Positions 11,501 through 25,700 of a DNA stretch of 56,496 nt are shown piece by piece. The notes under the pieces were generated by a model that was not told where the DNA came from, searched no databases, and saw only the letters and a program-made list of their open reading frames with translations. Numbering within the stretch: position 1 is the stretch's first letter; each line of letters starts with the position of its first letter. The DNA comes from Eledone cirrhosa. Lineage: Eukaryota. The stretch is taken from the NCBI GenBank assembly GCA_964016885.1, contig CAXHJY010001031.1, positions 1 to 56,496 on the forward strand, in the 5' to 3' direction. A program made the position numbers and the translations under genes.

Positions 11501-14500
11501 ATCTTTCCCTGATTTTTTTTTACAAATTATCTCCCCCTGATTTTTTTACAAATTATCTCCCCTTGGCTGGCTGGAAATTATCTCCCCTTGGAGGCTGGAA
11601 TTTATCTCCCCTTGTACGGCTAGAAATTACCTCTCCTTGGACGGCTGGAAAATATGTCTCCTTGGACGGCTGGAAATTATCTCCCCTTGGACGGCTGGAA
11701 ATTATCTCCCCTTGGACGGCTGGAAATTATCTCTCCTCGGACGGCTAGAAATTACCTCTCCTTGGACGGCTGAAAATTATCTCCCCTTGGACGGCTGGAA
11801 ATTATCTCCCCTTGATTTTTTTTACAAATTATCTCCCCCTGATTTTTTTTTACAAATTATCTCCCCCTGATTTTTTTTACAAATTATCTCCCCCTGATAT
11901 TTTTTACAAATTATCTCCCCTTGGCTGGCTGGAAATTATCTCCCCTTGGAGGCTGGAATTTATCTCCCCTTGGACGGCTAGAAATTACCTCGCCTTGGAC
12001 GGCTGGATAATATGTCTCCTTGGACGGCTGGAAATTATCTCCCCTTGGACGGCTGGAAATTATCTCCCCTTGGACGGCTGGAAATTATCTCCCCTTGGAC
12101 GGCTAGATATTACCTCCCCTTGGACGGCTGGAAAGTATCTCCCCTTGATTTTTTTTTACAAATTATCTCCCCCTGATTTTTTTTTACAAATTATCTCCCC
12201 CTGATTTTTTTTTACGAATTATCTCCCCCTGATTTTTTTTTACAAATTATCTCCGCCTGATTTTTTTTTTAAAATTATCTCCCCTTGGACGGCTGGAAAT
12301 TATCTCCCCTTGGACGGCTGGAAATTATCTCCCCTTGGACGGCTAGAAATTACCTCTCCTTGGACGGCTGAAAATTATCTCCCCTTGGACGGCTGCAAAT
12401 TATCTCCCCTTGATTTTTTTAACAAATTATCTCCCCCTGATTTTTTCTTACAAATTATCTCCCCCTGATTTTTTTTTACAAATTATCTACGCCTAATTTT
12501 TTTTACAAATTATCTCCTCCTGATTTTTTTTTACAAATTATCTCCCCCTGATTTTTTTTTACAAATTATCTCCCCCTGATTTTTTTTTACAAATTATCTC
12601 CCCCTGATTTTTTTACAAATTATGTCCCCCCTGATATTTATTACAATCTCCGCCTGATTTTTTTAAAAATTATCTTCCCTTGGCTGGCGGGAAATTATCT
12701 CCCCTTGGACGGCTGGAAATTATATCCCCTTGGAAGGATGGAAATTATCTCCCCTTGGACGGCTGGAAATTATCTCCCCTTGGACGGCTGGAAATTATCT
12801 CCCCTTGGACAGCTGGAAATTATCTGCCCTTGATTTTGTTTTTACAAATTATCTCCCCCTGATTTTTTTTACAAATTTTCTCCACCTGATTTTTTAAAAA
12901 ATTATCTTCCCTTGGACGGCTGGAAATTATCTCCCCTTGGCTCGAAATTATCTCCCCTTGGACGGCTAGAAATTATCTCTCTTTGGACGGCTGGAAATTA
13001 TCTCCCTTTGATTTTTTTTACAAATTATCTCCCCCTGATTTTTTTTACAAATCTCCCCCTGATTTTTTAAAAAAAATTATCTCCCCTTCGCTGGCTGGAA
13101 ATTATCTCCCCTTGGACACTGGAAATTATAGCCCCTTGGAGGGCTGGAAATTATCTTCCCTTGGACGGCTGGAAATTATCTCTGCTTGATTTTTTTTACA
13201 AATTATCTCCCCCTGATTTTTTTTTACAAATTATCCCCCCCGATTTTTTTTTACAAATTATCTCCCCCTGATTTTTTTTACAAATTATCTCCCCTTGGAC
13301 GGCTGGAAATTATCTCCCCTTGGACGGCTGGAAATTATCTCCCCTTGGACGGCTAGAAATTACCTCTCCTTGGACAACTGATAATTATCTCCCCTTGGAC
13401 GGCTGCAAATTATCTCCCCTTGATTTTTTTTACAAATTATCTCCGCCTGATTTTTTTTTAAAAATTATCTCCCCTTGGACGGCTAGAAATTACCTCTCCT
13501 TGGACGGCTGGAAAATATTTCTCCTTGGACGGCTGGATATTATCTACCCTTGGACGGGTGGAAATTATCTCCCCTTGGACGGCTGGAAATTATCTCCCCT
13601 TGGACGGCTAGATATTACCTCCCCTTGGACGGCTGGAAATTATCTCCCCTTGATTTTTTTTACAAATTATCTCCCCCTGATTTTTTTTACAAATTATCTC
13701 CACCTGATTTTTTTACAAATTATCTCCCCCTGATTTTTTTTACAAATTATCTCCGCCTAATTTTTTTAAATATTATCTTCCCTTGGCTGGCGGGAAATTA
13801 TCTCCCCTTGGACGGCTGAAAATTATCTCCCCTTGGACGGCTGGAAATTATCTCCCCTTGATTTTTTTTACAAATTATCTCCCCCTGATTATTTTTTACA
13901 AATTATCTTTCCCTGATTTTTTTTTTAAAAATTATCTACCCCTGATTTTTTTTACAAATTATCTCCCCCTGATTTTTTTACAAATTATCTCCCCTTGGCT
14001 GGCTGGAAATTATCTCCCCTTGGAGGCTGGAATTTATCTCCCCTTGGACGGCTGGAAATTATCTCTCCTTGGACGGCTAGAAATTACCTCTCCTTGGACG
14101 GCTGGAAAATATGTCTCGTTGGACGGCTGGAAATTATCTCCCCTTGGACGGCTGGAAATTATCTCCCCTTGGACGGCTAGAAATTACCTCTCCTTGGACG
14201 GCTGAAAATTATCTCTCCTTGGACGGCTGGAAATTATCTCCCCTTGATTTTTTTTACAAATTATCTCCCCCTGATTTTTTTTACAAATTATCTCCACCTG
14301 ATTTTTTTACAAATTATCACCCCCTGATTTTTTTTACAAATTATCTCCGCCTAATTTTTTTAAATATTATCTTCCCTTGGCTGGCGGGAAATTATCTCCC
14401 CTTGGACGGCTGAAAATTATCTCCCCTTGGAGGGCTGGAAATTATCTCCCCTTGATTTTTTTTACAAATTATCTCCCCCTGATTTTTTTTTACAAATTAT

Positions 14501-16715
14501 CTCCCCCTGATTTTTTTTTACAAATTATCTCCCCCTGATTTTTTTTTACAAATTATCTCCCCTTGGCTGGCTGGAAACTATCTCCCCTTGGAGGCTGGAA
14601 TTTATCTCCCCTTGGACGGCTAGAAATTACCTCTCCTTGGACGGCTGGAAAATATGTCCTTGGACGGCTGGATATTATCTACCCTTGGACGGCTGGAAAT
14701 TATCTCCCCTTGGACGGCTGGAAATTATCTCCCCTTGGACGGCTAGATATTACCTCCCCTTGGACGGCTGGAAATTATCTCCCCTTGATTTTTTTTACAA
14801 ATTATCTCCCCCTGATGTTTTTTACAAATGTCCTAATGATTTTTAAAAAAAAATTATCTCCCCTTCGCTGGCTGGAAATTATCTCCCCTTGGACGCTGGA
14901 AATTATAGCCCCTTGGAGGGCTGGAAATTATCTTCCCTTGGACGGCTGGAAATTATCTCCCCTTGATTTTTTTTACAAATTATCTACCCCTGATTTTTTT
15001 ACAAATTATCTCCCCCTGATTTTTTTACAAATTATCTCCCCCTGATTTTTTTTACAAATTATCTCCGCCTAATTTTTTTAAATATTATCTTCCCTTGGCA
15101 GGCGGGAAATTATCTCCCCTTGGACGGCTGAAAATTATCTCCCCTTGGACGGCTGGAAATTATCTCCCCTTGATTTTTTTACAAATTATCTCCCCCTGAT
15201 TATTTTTTACAAATTATCTCCCCCTGATTTTTTTTTACAAATTATCTCCCCTTGATTTTTTTTACAAATTATCTCCCCCTGATTATTTTTTACAAATTAT
15301 CTTTCCCTGATTTTTTTTTACAAATTATCTCCCCCTGATTTTTTTTAAAAATTATCTCCCCCAGATTTTTTTACAAATTATCTCCCCTTGGCTGGCTGGA
15401 AATTATCTCCCCTTGGAGGCTGGAATTTATCTCCCCTTGGACGGCTGGAAATTATCTCTCCTTGGACGGCTAGAAATTACCTCTCCTTGGACGGCTGGAA
15501 AATATGTCTCGTTGGACGGCTGGAAATTATCTCCCCTTGGACGGCTGGAAATTATCTCCCCTTGGACGGCTGGAAATTATCTCTCCTTGGACGGCTAGAA
15601 ATTACCTCTCCTTGGACGGCTGAAAATTATCTCTCCTTGGACGGCTGGAAATTATCTCCCCTTGATTTTTGTTACAAATTATCTCTCCCTGATTTTTTTG
15701 TACAAATTATCTCCCCCTGATTTTTTTTTACAAATTATCTCCCCCTGATTTTTTTTTACAAATTATCTCCCCCTGATTTTTATTTACAAATTATCTCCCC
15801 CTGATATTTTTTACAAATTATCTCCCCCTGATTTTTTTACAAATTATCTCCCCTTGGCTGGCTGGAAATTATCTCCCCTTGGAGGCTGGAATTTATCTCC
15901 CCTTGGACGGCTAGAAATTACCTCTCCTTGGACGGCTGAAAATTATCTCCCCTTGGACGGCTGGAAATTATCTCCCCTTGATTTTTTTTACAAATTATCT
16001 CCCCCTGATTTTTTTTTACAAATTATCTCCCCCTGATTTTTATTTACAAATTATCTCCCCCTGATATTTTTTACAAATTATCTCCCCCTGATTTTTTTAC
16101 AAATTATCTCCCCTTGGCTGGCTGGAAATTATCTCCCCTTGGAGGCTGGAATTTATCTCCCCTTGGACGGCTAGAAATTACCTCGCCTTGGACTGCTGGA
16201 TAATATGTCTCCTTGGACGGCTGGAAATTATCTCCCCTTGGACGGCTGGAAATTATCTCCCCTTCGACGGCTGGAAATTATCTCCCCTTGGACGGCTAGA
16301 TATTACCACCCTTGGACGGCTGGAAATTATCTCCCCTTGATTTTTTTTTACAAATTATCTCCCCCTGATTTTTTTTTACAAATTATCTCCCCCTGATTTT
16401 TTTTTACGAATTATCTCCCCCTGATTTTTTTTACAAATTATCTCCGCCTGATTTTTTTTTTAAAATTATCTCCCCTTGGACGGCTGGAAATTATCTCCCC
16501 TTGGACGGCTGGAAATTATCTCCCCTTGGACGGCTAGAAATTACCTCTCCTTGGACGGCTGAAAATTATCTCCCCTTGGACGGCTGCAAATTATCTCCCC
16601 TTGATTTTTTTAACAAATTATCTCCCCCTGATTTTTTCTTACAAATTATCTCCCCCTGATTTTTTTTTACAAATTATCTACGCCTAATTTTTTTTACAAA
16701 TTATCTCCCCCTGAT
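8593..16715 (+). repeat. 8,123-bp higher-order tandem duplication, copy 2
   Basis: Constant +8123 offset from copy 1. Identity at this offset ends near 16750, where a T8 tract corresponds to T9 and the monomer order then diverges. Confidence 0.95.
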
Positions 16716-19700
16716 TTTTTTTTACAAATTATCTCCCCCTGATTTTTTTTTACAAATTATCTCCCCCTGATTTTTTTTTACAAATTATCTCCCACTGATT
16801 TTTTTACAAATTATCTCCCCCCTGATTTTTATTACAATCTCCGCCTGATTTTTTTAAAAATTATCTTCCCTTGGCTGGCGGGAAATTATCTCCCCTTGGA
16901 CGGCTGGAAATTATATCCTCTTGGAAGGATGGAAATTATCTCCCCTTGGACGGCTGGAAATTATCTCCCCTTGGACGGCTGGAAATTATCTCCCCTTGGA
17001 CAGCTGGAAATTATCTGCCCTTGATTTTGTTTTTACAAATTATCTCCCCCTGATTTTTTTTACAAATTATCTCCACCTGATTTTTTAAAAAATTATCTCC
17101 CCTTGGACGGCTGGAAATTATCTCCCCTTGGCTCGAAATTATCTCCCCTTGGACGGCTAGAAATTATCTCTCTTTAGACGGCTGGAAATTATCTCCCTTT
17201 GATTTTTTTTACAAATTATCTCCCCCTGATTTTTTTTACAAATCTCCCCCTGATTTTTTAAAAAAAATTATCTCCCCTTCGCTGGCTGGAAATTATCTCC
17301 CCTTGGACACTGGAAATTATAGCCCCTTGGAGGGCTGGAAATTATCTTCCCTTGGACGGCTGGAAATTATCTCTGCTTGATTTTTTTTACAAATTATCTC
17401 CCCCTGATTTTTTTTTACAAATTATCCCCCCCGATTTTTTTTACAAATTATCTCCCCCTGATTTTTTTTACAAATTATCTCCCCTTGGACGGCTGGAAAT
17501 TATCTCCACTTGGACGGCTGGAAATTATCTCCCCTTGGACGGCTAGAAATTACCTCTCCTTGGACAACTGAAAATTATCTCCCCTTGGACGGCTGCAAAT
17601 TATCTCCCCTTGATTTTTTTTACAAATTATCTTCGCCTGATTTTTTTTTAAAAATTATCTCCCCTTGGACGGCTGGAAATTACCTCCCCTTGGACGGCTG
17701 GAAATTATCTCCCCTTGGACGGCTAGAAATTACCTCTCATTGGACGGCTGAAAATTATCTCCCCTTGGACGGCTGGAAATTTTCTCCCCTTGATTTTTTT
17801 ACAAATTATCTCCCCCTGATTTTTTTTTACAAATTATCTCCCCCTGATTTTTTTTACAAATTATCTCCCCCTGATTTTTTTTACAAATTATCTCCGCCTA
17901 ATTTTTTTAAATATTATCTTTCCTTGGCTGGCGGGAAATTATCTCCCCTTGGACGGCTGAAAATTATCTCCCCTTGGACGGCTGGAAATTATCTCCCCTT
18001 GATTTTTTTAAAAAATTATCTCCCCCTGATTATTTTTTACAAATTATCTCCCCCTGATTTTTTTTACAAATTATCTCCCCCTGATTTTTTTACAAATTAT
18101 CTCCCCTTGGCTGGCTGGAAATTATCTCCCCTTGGAGGCTGGAATTTATCTCCCCTTGTACGGCTAGAAATTACCTCTCCTTGGACGGCTGGAAAATATG
18201 TCTCCTTGGACGGCTGGAAATTATCTCCCCTTGGACGGCTGGAAATTATCTCCCCTTGGACGGCTGGAAATTATCTCTCCTCGGACGGCTAGAAATTACC
18301 TCTCCTTGGACGGCTGAAAATTATCTCCCCTTGGACGGCTGGAAATTATCTCCCCTTGATTTTTTTTACAAATTATCTCCCCCTGATTTTTTTTTACAAA
18401 TTATCTCCCCCTGATTTTTATTTACAAATTATCTCCCCCTGATTTTTTTACAAATTATCTCCCCTTGGCTGGCTGGAAATTATCTCCCCTTGGAGGCTGG
18501 AATTTATCTCCCCTTGGACGGCTAGAAATTACCTCGCCTTGGACGGCTGGATAATATGTCTCCTTGGACGGCTGGAAATTATCTCCCCTTGGACGGCTGG
18601 AAATTATCTCCCCTTGGACGGCTGGAAATTATCTCCCCTTGGACGGCTAGATATTACCTCCCCTTGGACGGCTGGAAATTATCTCCCCTTTATTTTTTTA
18701 ACAAATTATCTCCCCCTGATTTTTTTTTACAAATTATCTCCCCCTGATTTTTTTTTACGAATTATCTCCCCCTGATTTTTTTTTACAAATTATCTCCGCC
18801 TGATTTTTTTTTAAAAATTATCTCCCCTTGGACGGCTGGAAATTATCTCCCCTTGGACGGCTGGAAATTATCTCCCCTTGGACGGCTAGAAATTACCTCT
18901 CCTTGGACGGCTGAAAATTATCTCCCCTTGGACGGCTGCAAATTATCTCCCCTTGATTTTTTTAACAAATTATCTCCCCCTGATTTTTTTTTACAAATTA
19001 TCTACGCCTAATTTTTTTTACAAATTATCTCCCCCTGATTTTTTTTTACAAATTATCTCCCCCTGATTTTTTTTTACAAATTATCTCCCCCTGATTTTTT
19101 TTTACAAATTATCTCCCCCTGATTTTTTTACAAATTATCTCCCCCCTGATTTTTATTACAATCTCCGCCTGATTTTTTAAAAAATTATCTTCCCTTGGCT
19201 GGCGGGAAATTATGTCCCCTTGGACGGCTGGAAATTATATCCTCTTGGAAGGATGGAAATTATCTCCCCTTGGACGGCTGGAAATTATCTCCCCTTGGAC
19301 GGCTGGAAATTATCTCCCCTTGGACAGCTGGAAATTATCTGCCCTTGATTTTGTTTTTACAAATTATCTCCCCCTGATTTTTTTTACAAATTATCTCCAC
19401 CTGATTTTTTAAAAAATTATCTCCCCTTGGACGGCTGGAAATTATCTCCCCTTGGCTCGAAATTATCTCCCCTTGGACGGCTAGAAATTATCTCTCTTTG
19501 GACGGCTGGAAATTATCTCCCTTTGATTTTTTTTACAAATTATCTCCCCCTGATTTTTTTTACAAATCTCCCCCTGATTTTTAAAAAAAAATTATCTCCC
19601 CTTCGCTGGCTGGAAATTATCTCCCCTTGGACACTGGAAATTATAGCCCCTTGGAGGGCTGGAAATTATCTTCCCTTGGACGGCTGGAAATTATCTCTGC

Positions 19701-22700
19701 TTGATTTTTTTTACAAATTATCTCCCCCTGATATTTTTTTACAAATTATCCCCCCCGATTTTTTTTACAAATTATCTCTCCCTGATTTTTTTTACAAATT
19801 ATCTCCCCTTGGACGGCTGGAAATTATCTCCCCTTGGACGGCTGGAAATTATCTCCCCTTGGACGGCTAGAAATTACCTCTCCTTGGACAACTGAAAATT
19901 ATCTCCCCTTGGACGGCTGCAAATAATCTCCCCTTGATTTTTTTTACAAATTATCTCCGCCTGATTTTTTTTACAAATTATCTCCCCCTGATTTTTTTTT
20001 ACAAATTATCTACGCCTAATTTTTTTTACAAATTATCTCCCCCTGATTTTTTTTTACAAATTATCTCCCCCTGATTTTTTTTACAAATTATCTCCCCCTG
20101 ATTGTTTTTTACAAATTATCTCCCCCTGATTTTTTTACAAATTATCTCCCCCCTGATTTTTTTTACAATCTCCGCCTGATTTTTTTAAAAATTATCTTCC
20201 CTTGGCTGGCGGGAAATTATCTCCCCTTGGACGGCTGGAAATTATATCCCCTTGGAAATATGGAAATTATCTCCCCTTGGACGGCTGGAAATTATCTCCC
20301 CTTGGACGGCTGGAAATTATCTCCCCTTGGACAGCTGGAAATTATCTGCCCTTGATTTTGTTTTTACAAATTATCTCCCCCTGATTTTTTTTACAAATTA
20401 TCTCCACCTGATTTTTTAAAAAATTATCTCCCCTTGGACGGCTGGAAATTATCTCCCCTTGATTTTTTTACAAATTATCTCCCCCTGATTTTTTTTACAA
20501 ATTATCTCCCCCTGATTTTTTTTTTACAAATTATCTCCCCCTGATTTTTTTACAAATTATCTCCCCCTGATTTTTTTTACAAATTATCTCCGCCTGATTT
20601 TTTTAAATATTATCTTCCCTTGGCTGGCGGGAAATTATCTCCCCTTGGACGGCTGAAAATTATCTCCCCTTGGACGGCTGGAAATTATCTCCCCTTGATT
20701 TTTTTTACAAATTATCTCCCCCTGATTTTTTTTTACAAATTATCTCCCCCTGATTTTTTTTTACAAATTATCTGCCCCTGATTTTTTTTACAAATTATCT
20801 CCCCCTGATTTTTTTACAAATTATCTCCCCTTGGCTGGCTGGAAATTATCTCCCCTTGGAGGCTGGAATTTATCTCCCCTTGGACGGCTAGAAATTACCT
20901 CTCCTTGGACGGCTGGAAAATATTTCTCCTTGGACGGCTGGATATTATCTACCCTTGGACGGGTGGAAATTATCTCCCCTTGGACGGCTGGAAATTATCT
21001 CCCCTTGGACGGCTGAAAATTATCTCCCCTTGGACGGCTGGAAATTATCTCCCCTTGATTTTTTTACAAATTATCTCCCCCTGATTATTTTTTACAAATT
21101 ATCTTTCCCTGATTTTTTTTTACAAATTATCTCCCCCTGATTTTTTTTACAAATTATCTCCCCCTGATTTTTTTACAAATTATCTCCCCTTGGCTGGCTG
21201 GAAATTATCTCCCCTTGGAGGCTGGAATTTATCTCCCCTTGGACGGCTGGAAATTATCTCTCCTTGGACGGCTAGAAATTACCTCTCCTTGGACGGCTGG
21301 AAAATATGTCTCGTTGGACGGCTGGAAATTATCTCCCCTTGGACGGCTGGAAATTATCTCCCCTTGGACGGCTGGAAATTATCTCTCCTTGGACGGCTAG
21401 AAATTACCTCTCCTTGGACGGCTGAAAATTATCTCTCCTTGGACGGCTGGAAATTATCTCCCCTTGGACGGCTAGATATTACCTCCCCTTGGACGGCTGG
21501 AAATTATCTCCCCTTGATTTTTTTTACAAATTATCTCCCCCTGATTTTTTTTACAAATTATCTCCACCTGATTTTTTTACAAATTATCTCCCCCTGATTT
21601 TTTTTACAAATTATCTCCGCCTAATTTTTTTAAATATTATCTTCCCTTGGCTGGCGGGAAATTATCTCCCCTTGGACGGCTGAAAATTATCTCCCCTTGG
21701 ACGGCTGGAAATTATCTCCCCTTGATTTTTTATACAAATTATCTCCCCCTGATTTTTTTTTACAAATTATCTCCCTCTGATTTTTTTTTACAAATTATCT
21801 CCCCCTGATTTTTTTTACAAATTATCTCCCCTTGGCTGGCTGGAAATTATCTCCCCTTGGAGGCTGGAATTTATCTCCCCTTGGACGGCTAGAAATTACC
21901 TCTCCTTGGACGGCTGGAAAATATGTCCTTGGACGGCTGGATATTATCTACCTTTGGACGGCTGGAAATTATCTCCCCTTGGACGGCTGGAAATTATCTC
22001 CCCTTGGACGGCTAGATATTACCTCCCCTTGGACGGCTGGAAATTATCTCCCCTTGATTTTTTTTACAAATTATCTCCCCCTGATTTTTTTACAAATCTC
22101 CTAATGATTTTTTAAAAAAAATTATCTCCCCTTCGCTGGCTGGAAATTATCTCCCCTTGGAAGCTGGAAATTATAGCCCCTTGGAGGGCTGGAAATTATC
22201 TTCCCTTGGACGGCTGGAAATTATCTCCCCTTGATTTTTTTTACAAATTATCTACCCCTGATTTTTTTACAAATTATCTCCCCCTGATTTTTTTAAAAAT
22301 TATCTCCCCCTGATTTTTTTTTACAAATTATCTCCGCCTAATTTTTTTAAATATTATCTTCCCTTGGCTGGCGGGAAATTATCTCCCCTTGGACGGCTGA
22401 AAATTATCTCCCCTTGGACGGCTGGAAATTATCTCCCCTTGATTTTTTTTACAAATTATCTCCCCCTGATTATTTTTTACAAATTATCTTTCCCTGATTT
22501 TTTTTTACAAATTATCTCCCCCTGATTTTTTTTAAAAATTATCTCCCCCTGATTTTTTTACAAATTATCTCCCCTTGGCTGGCTGGAAATTATCTCCCCT
22601 TGGAGGCTGGAATTTATCTCCCCTTGGACGGCTGGAAATTATCTCTCCTTGGACGGCTAGAAATTACCTCTCCTTGGACGGCTGGAAAATATGTCTCGTT

Positions 22701-25700
22701 GGACGGCTGGAAATTATCTCCCCTTGGACGGCTGGAAATTATCTCCCCTTGGACGGCTGGAAATTATCTCTCCTTGGACGGCTAGAAATTACCTCTCCTT
22801 GGACGGCTGAAAATTATCTCTCCTTGGACGGCTGGAAATTATCTCCCCTTGATTTTTGTTACAAATTATCTCCCCCTGATTTTTTTATACAAATTATCTC
22901 CCCCTGATTTTTTTTTACAAATTATCTCCCCCTGATTTTTTTTTACAAATTATCTCCCCCTGATATTTTTTACAAATTATCTCCCCCTGATTTTTTTACA
23001 AATTATCTCCCCTTGGCTGGCTGGAAATTATCTCCCCTTGGAGGCTGGAATTTATCTCCCCTTGGACGGCTAGAAATTACCTCTCCTTGGACGGCTAGAA
23101 AATATGTCTCCTTGGACGGCTGGAAATTATCTCCCCTTGGACGGCTGGAAATTATCTCCCCTTGGACGGCTGGAAATTATCTCCCCTTGGACGGCTAGAT
23201 ATTACCTCCCCTTGGACGGCTGGAAATTATCTCCCCTTGATTTTTTTTACAAATTATCTCCCCCTAATTTTTTTTACAAATTATCTCCCCCTGAATTTTT
23301 TTTACGAATTATCTCCCCCTGATTTTTTTTTACAAACTATCTCCGCCTGATTTTTTTAAAAAAATGATCTCCCCTTGGACGGCTGGAAATTATCTCCTCT
23401 TGGACGGCTGGAAATTATCTCCCCTTGGACGGCTAGAAATTACCTCTCCTTGGACGGCTGAAAATTATCTCCCCTTGGACGGCTGCAAATTATCTCCCCT
23501 TGATTTTTTTAACAAATTATCTCCCCCTGATTTTTTTTACAAATTATCACCCCCTGATTTTTTTTTACAAATTATCTACGCCTAATTTTTTTTACAAATT
23601 ATCTCCCCCTGATTTTTTTTTACAAATTATCTCCCCCTGATTTTTTTTTTACAAATTATCTCCCCCTGATTTTTTTTTACAAATTATCTCCCCCCTGATT
23701 TTTTTTTACAATCTCCGCCTGATTTTTTTAAAAATTATCTTCCCTTGGCTGGCGGGAAATTATCTCCCCTTGGACGGCTGGAAATTCTATCCCCTTGGAA
23801 GGATGGAAATTATCTCCCCTTGGACGGCTGGAAATTATCTCCCCTTGGACGGCTGGAAATTATCTCCCCTTGGACAGCTGGAAATTATCTGCCCTTGATT
23901 TTGTTTTTACAAATTATCTCCCCCTGATTTTTTTTACAAATTATCTCCACCTGATTTTTTAAAAAATTATCTCCCCTTGGACGGCAGTAAATTATCTCTC
24001 CTTGGCTGGAAATTATCTCCCCTTGGACGGCTAGAAACTATCTCTATTTGGACGGCTGGAAATTATCTCCCTTTGATTTTTTTTACAAATTATCTGCCGC
24101 TGATTTTTTTTTTAAATTATCTCTCATTGGACGGCTGGAAATTATCTCCCCTTGATTTTTTTACAAATTATCTCCCCCTGATTTTTTTTTACAAATTATC
24201 TCCCCCTGATTTTTTTTTACAAATTATCTACCCCTGATTTTTTTTTACAAATTATCTCCCCCTGATTTTTTTTACAAATTATCTCCGCCTAATTTTTTTA
24301 AATATTATCTTTCCTTGGCTGGCGGGAAATTATCTCCCCTTGGACGGCTGAAAATTATCTCCCCTTGGACGGCTGGAAATTATCTCCCCTTGATTTTTTT
24401 TAAAAATTATCTCCCTCTGATTATTTTTTACAAATTATCTCCCCCTGATTTTTTTTACAAATTATCTCCCCCTGATTTTTTTTACAAATTATCTCCCCCT
24501 GATTTTTTTACAAATTATCTCCCCTTGGCTGGCTGTAAATTATTTCCCCTTGGAGGCTGGAATTTATCTCCCCTTGGACGGCTAGAAATTACCTCGCCTT
24601 GGACGGCTGGATAATATGTCTCCTTGGACGGCTGGAAATTATCTCCCCTTGGACGGCTGGAAATTATCTCCCCTTGGACGGCTGGAAATTATCTCCCCTT
24701 GGACGGCTAGATATTACCTCCCCTTGGACGGCTGGAAATTATCTCCCCTTGATTTTTTTTTACAAATTATCTCCCCCTGATTTTTTTTTACAAATCTCCC
24801 CCTGATTTTTTTTTACGAATTATCTCCCCCTGATTTTTTTTTACAAATTATCTCCGCCTGATTTTTTTTTAAAATTATCTCCCCTTGGACGGTTGGAAAT
24901 TATCTCCCCTTGGACGGCTGGAAATTATCTCCCCTTGGACGGCTAGAAATTACCTCTCCTTGGACGGCTGAAAATTATCTCCCCTTGGACGGCTGCAAAT
25001 TATCTCCCCTTGATTTTTTTAACAAATTATCTCCCCCTGATTTTTTCTTACAAATTATCTCCCCCTGATTTTTTTTTACAAATTATCTACGCCTAATTTT
25101 TTTTACAAATTATCTCCCCCTGATTTTTTTTTACAAATTACCTCCCCCTGATTTTTTTTTACAAATTATCTCCCCCTGATTTTTATTACAATCTCCGCCT
25201 GATTTTTTTAAAAATTATCTTCCCTTGGCTGGCGGGAAATTATCTCCCCTTGGACGGCTGGAAATTATATCCTCTTGGAAGGATGGAAATTATCTCCCCT
25301 TGGACGGCTGGAAATTATCTCCCCTTGGACGGCTGGAAATTATCTCCCCTTGGACAGCTGGAAATTATCTGCCCTTGATTTTGTTTTTACAAATTATCTC
25401 CCCCTGATTTTTTTTACAAATTATCTCCACCTGATTTTTAAAAAAATTATCTCCCCTTGGACGGCTGGAAATTATCTCCCCTTGGCTCGAAATTATCTCC
25501 CCTTGGACGGCTAGAAATTATCTCTCTTTGGACGGCTGGAAATTATCTCCATTTGATTTTTTTTACAAATTATCTCCCCCTGATTTTTTTACAAATCTCC
25601 CCCTGATTTTTTAAAAAAAATTATCTCCCCTTCGCTGGCTGGAAATTATCTCCCCTTGGACACTGGAAATTATAGCCCCTTGGAGGGCTGGAAATTATCT

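Noticed and set aside
17510-18292. Longest ORF (260 aa) as a repeat or leucine-rich protein
   Set aside because: It has no unique domain and wanders among the satellite's frames, and the homologous segment near 54660-55470 is frameshifted.
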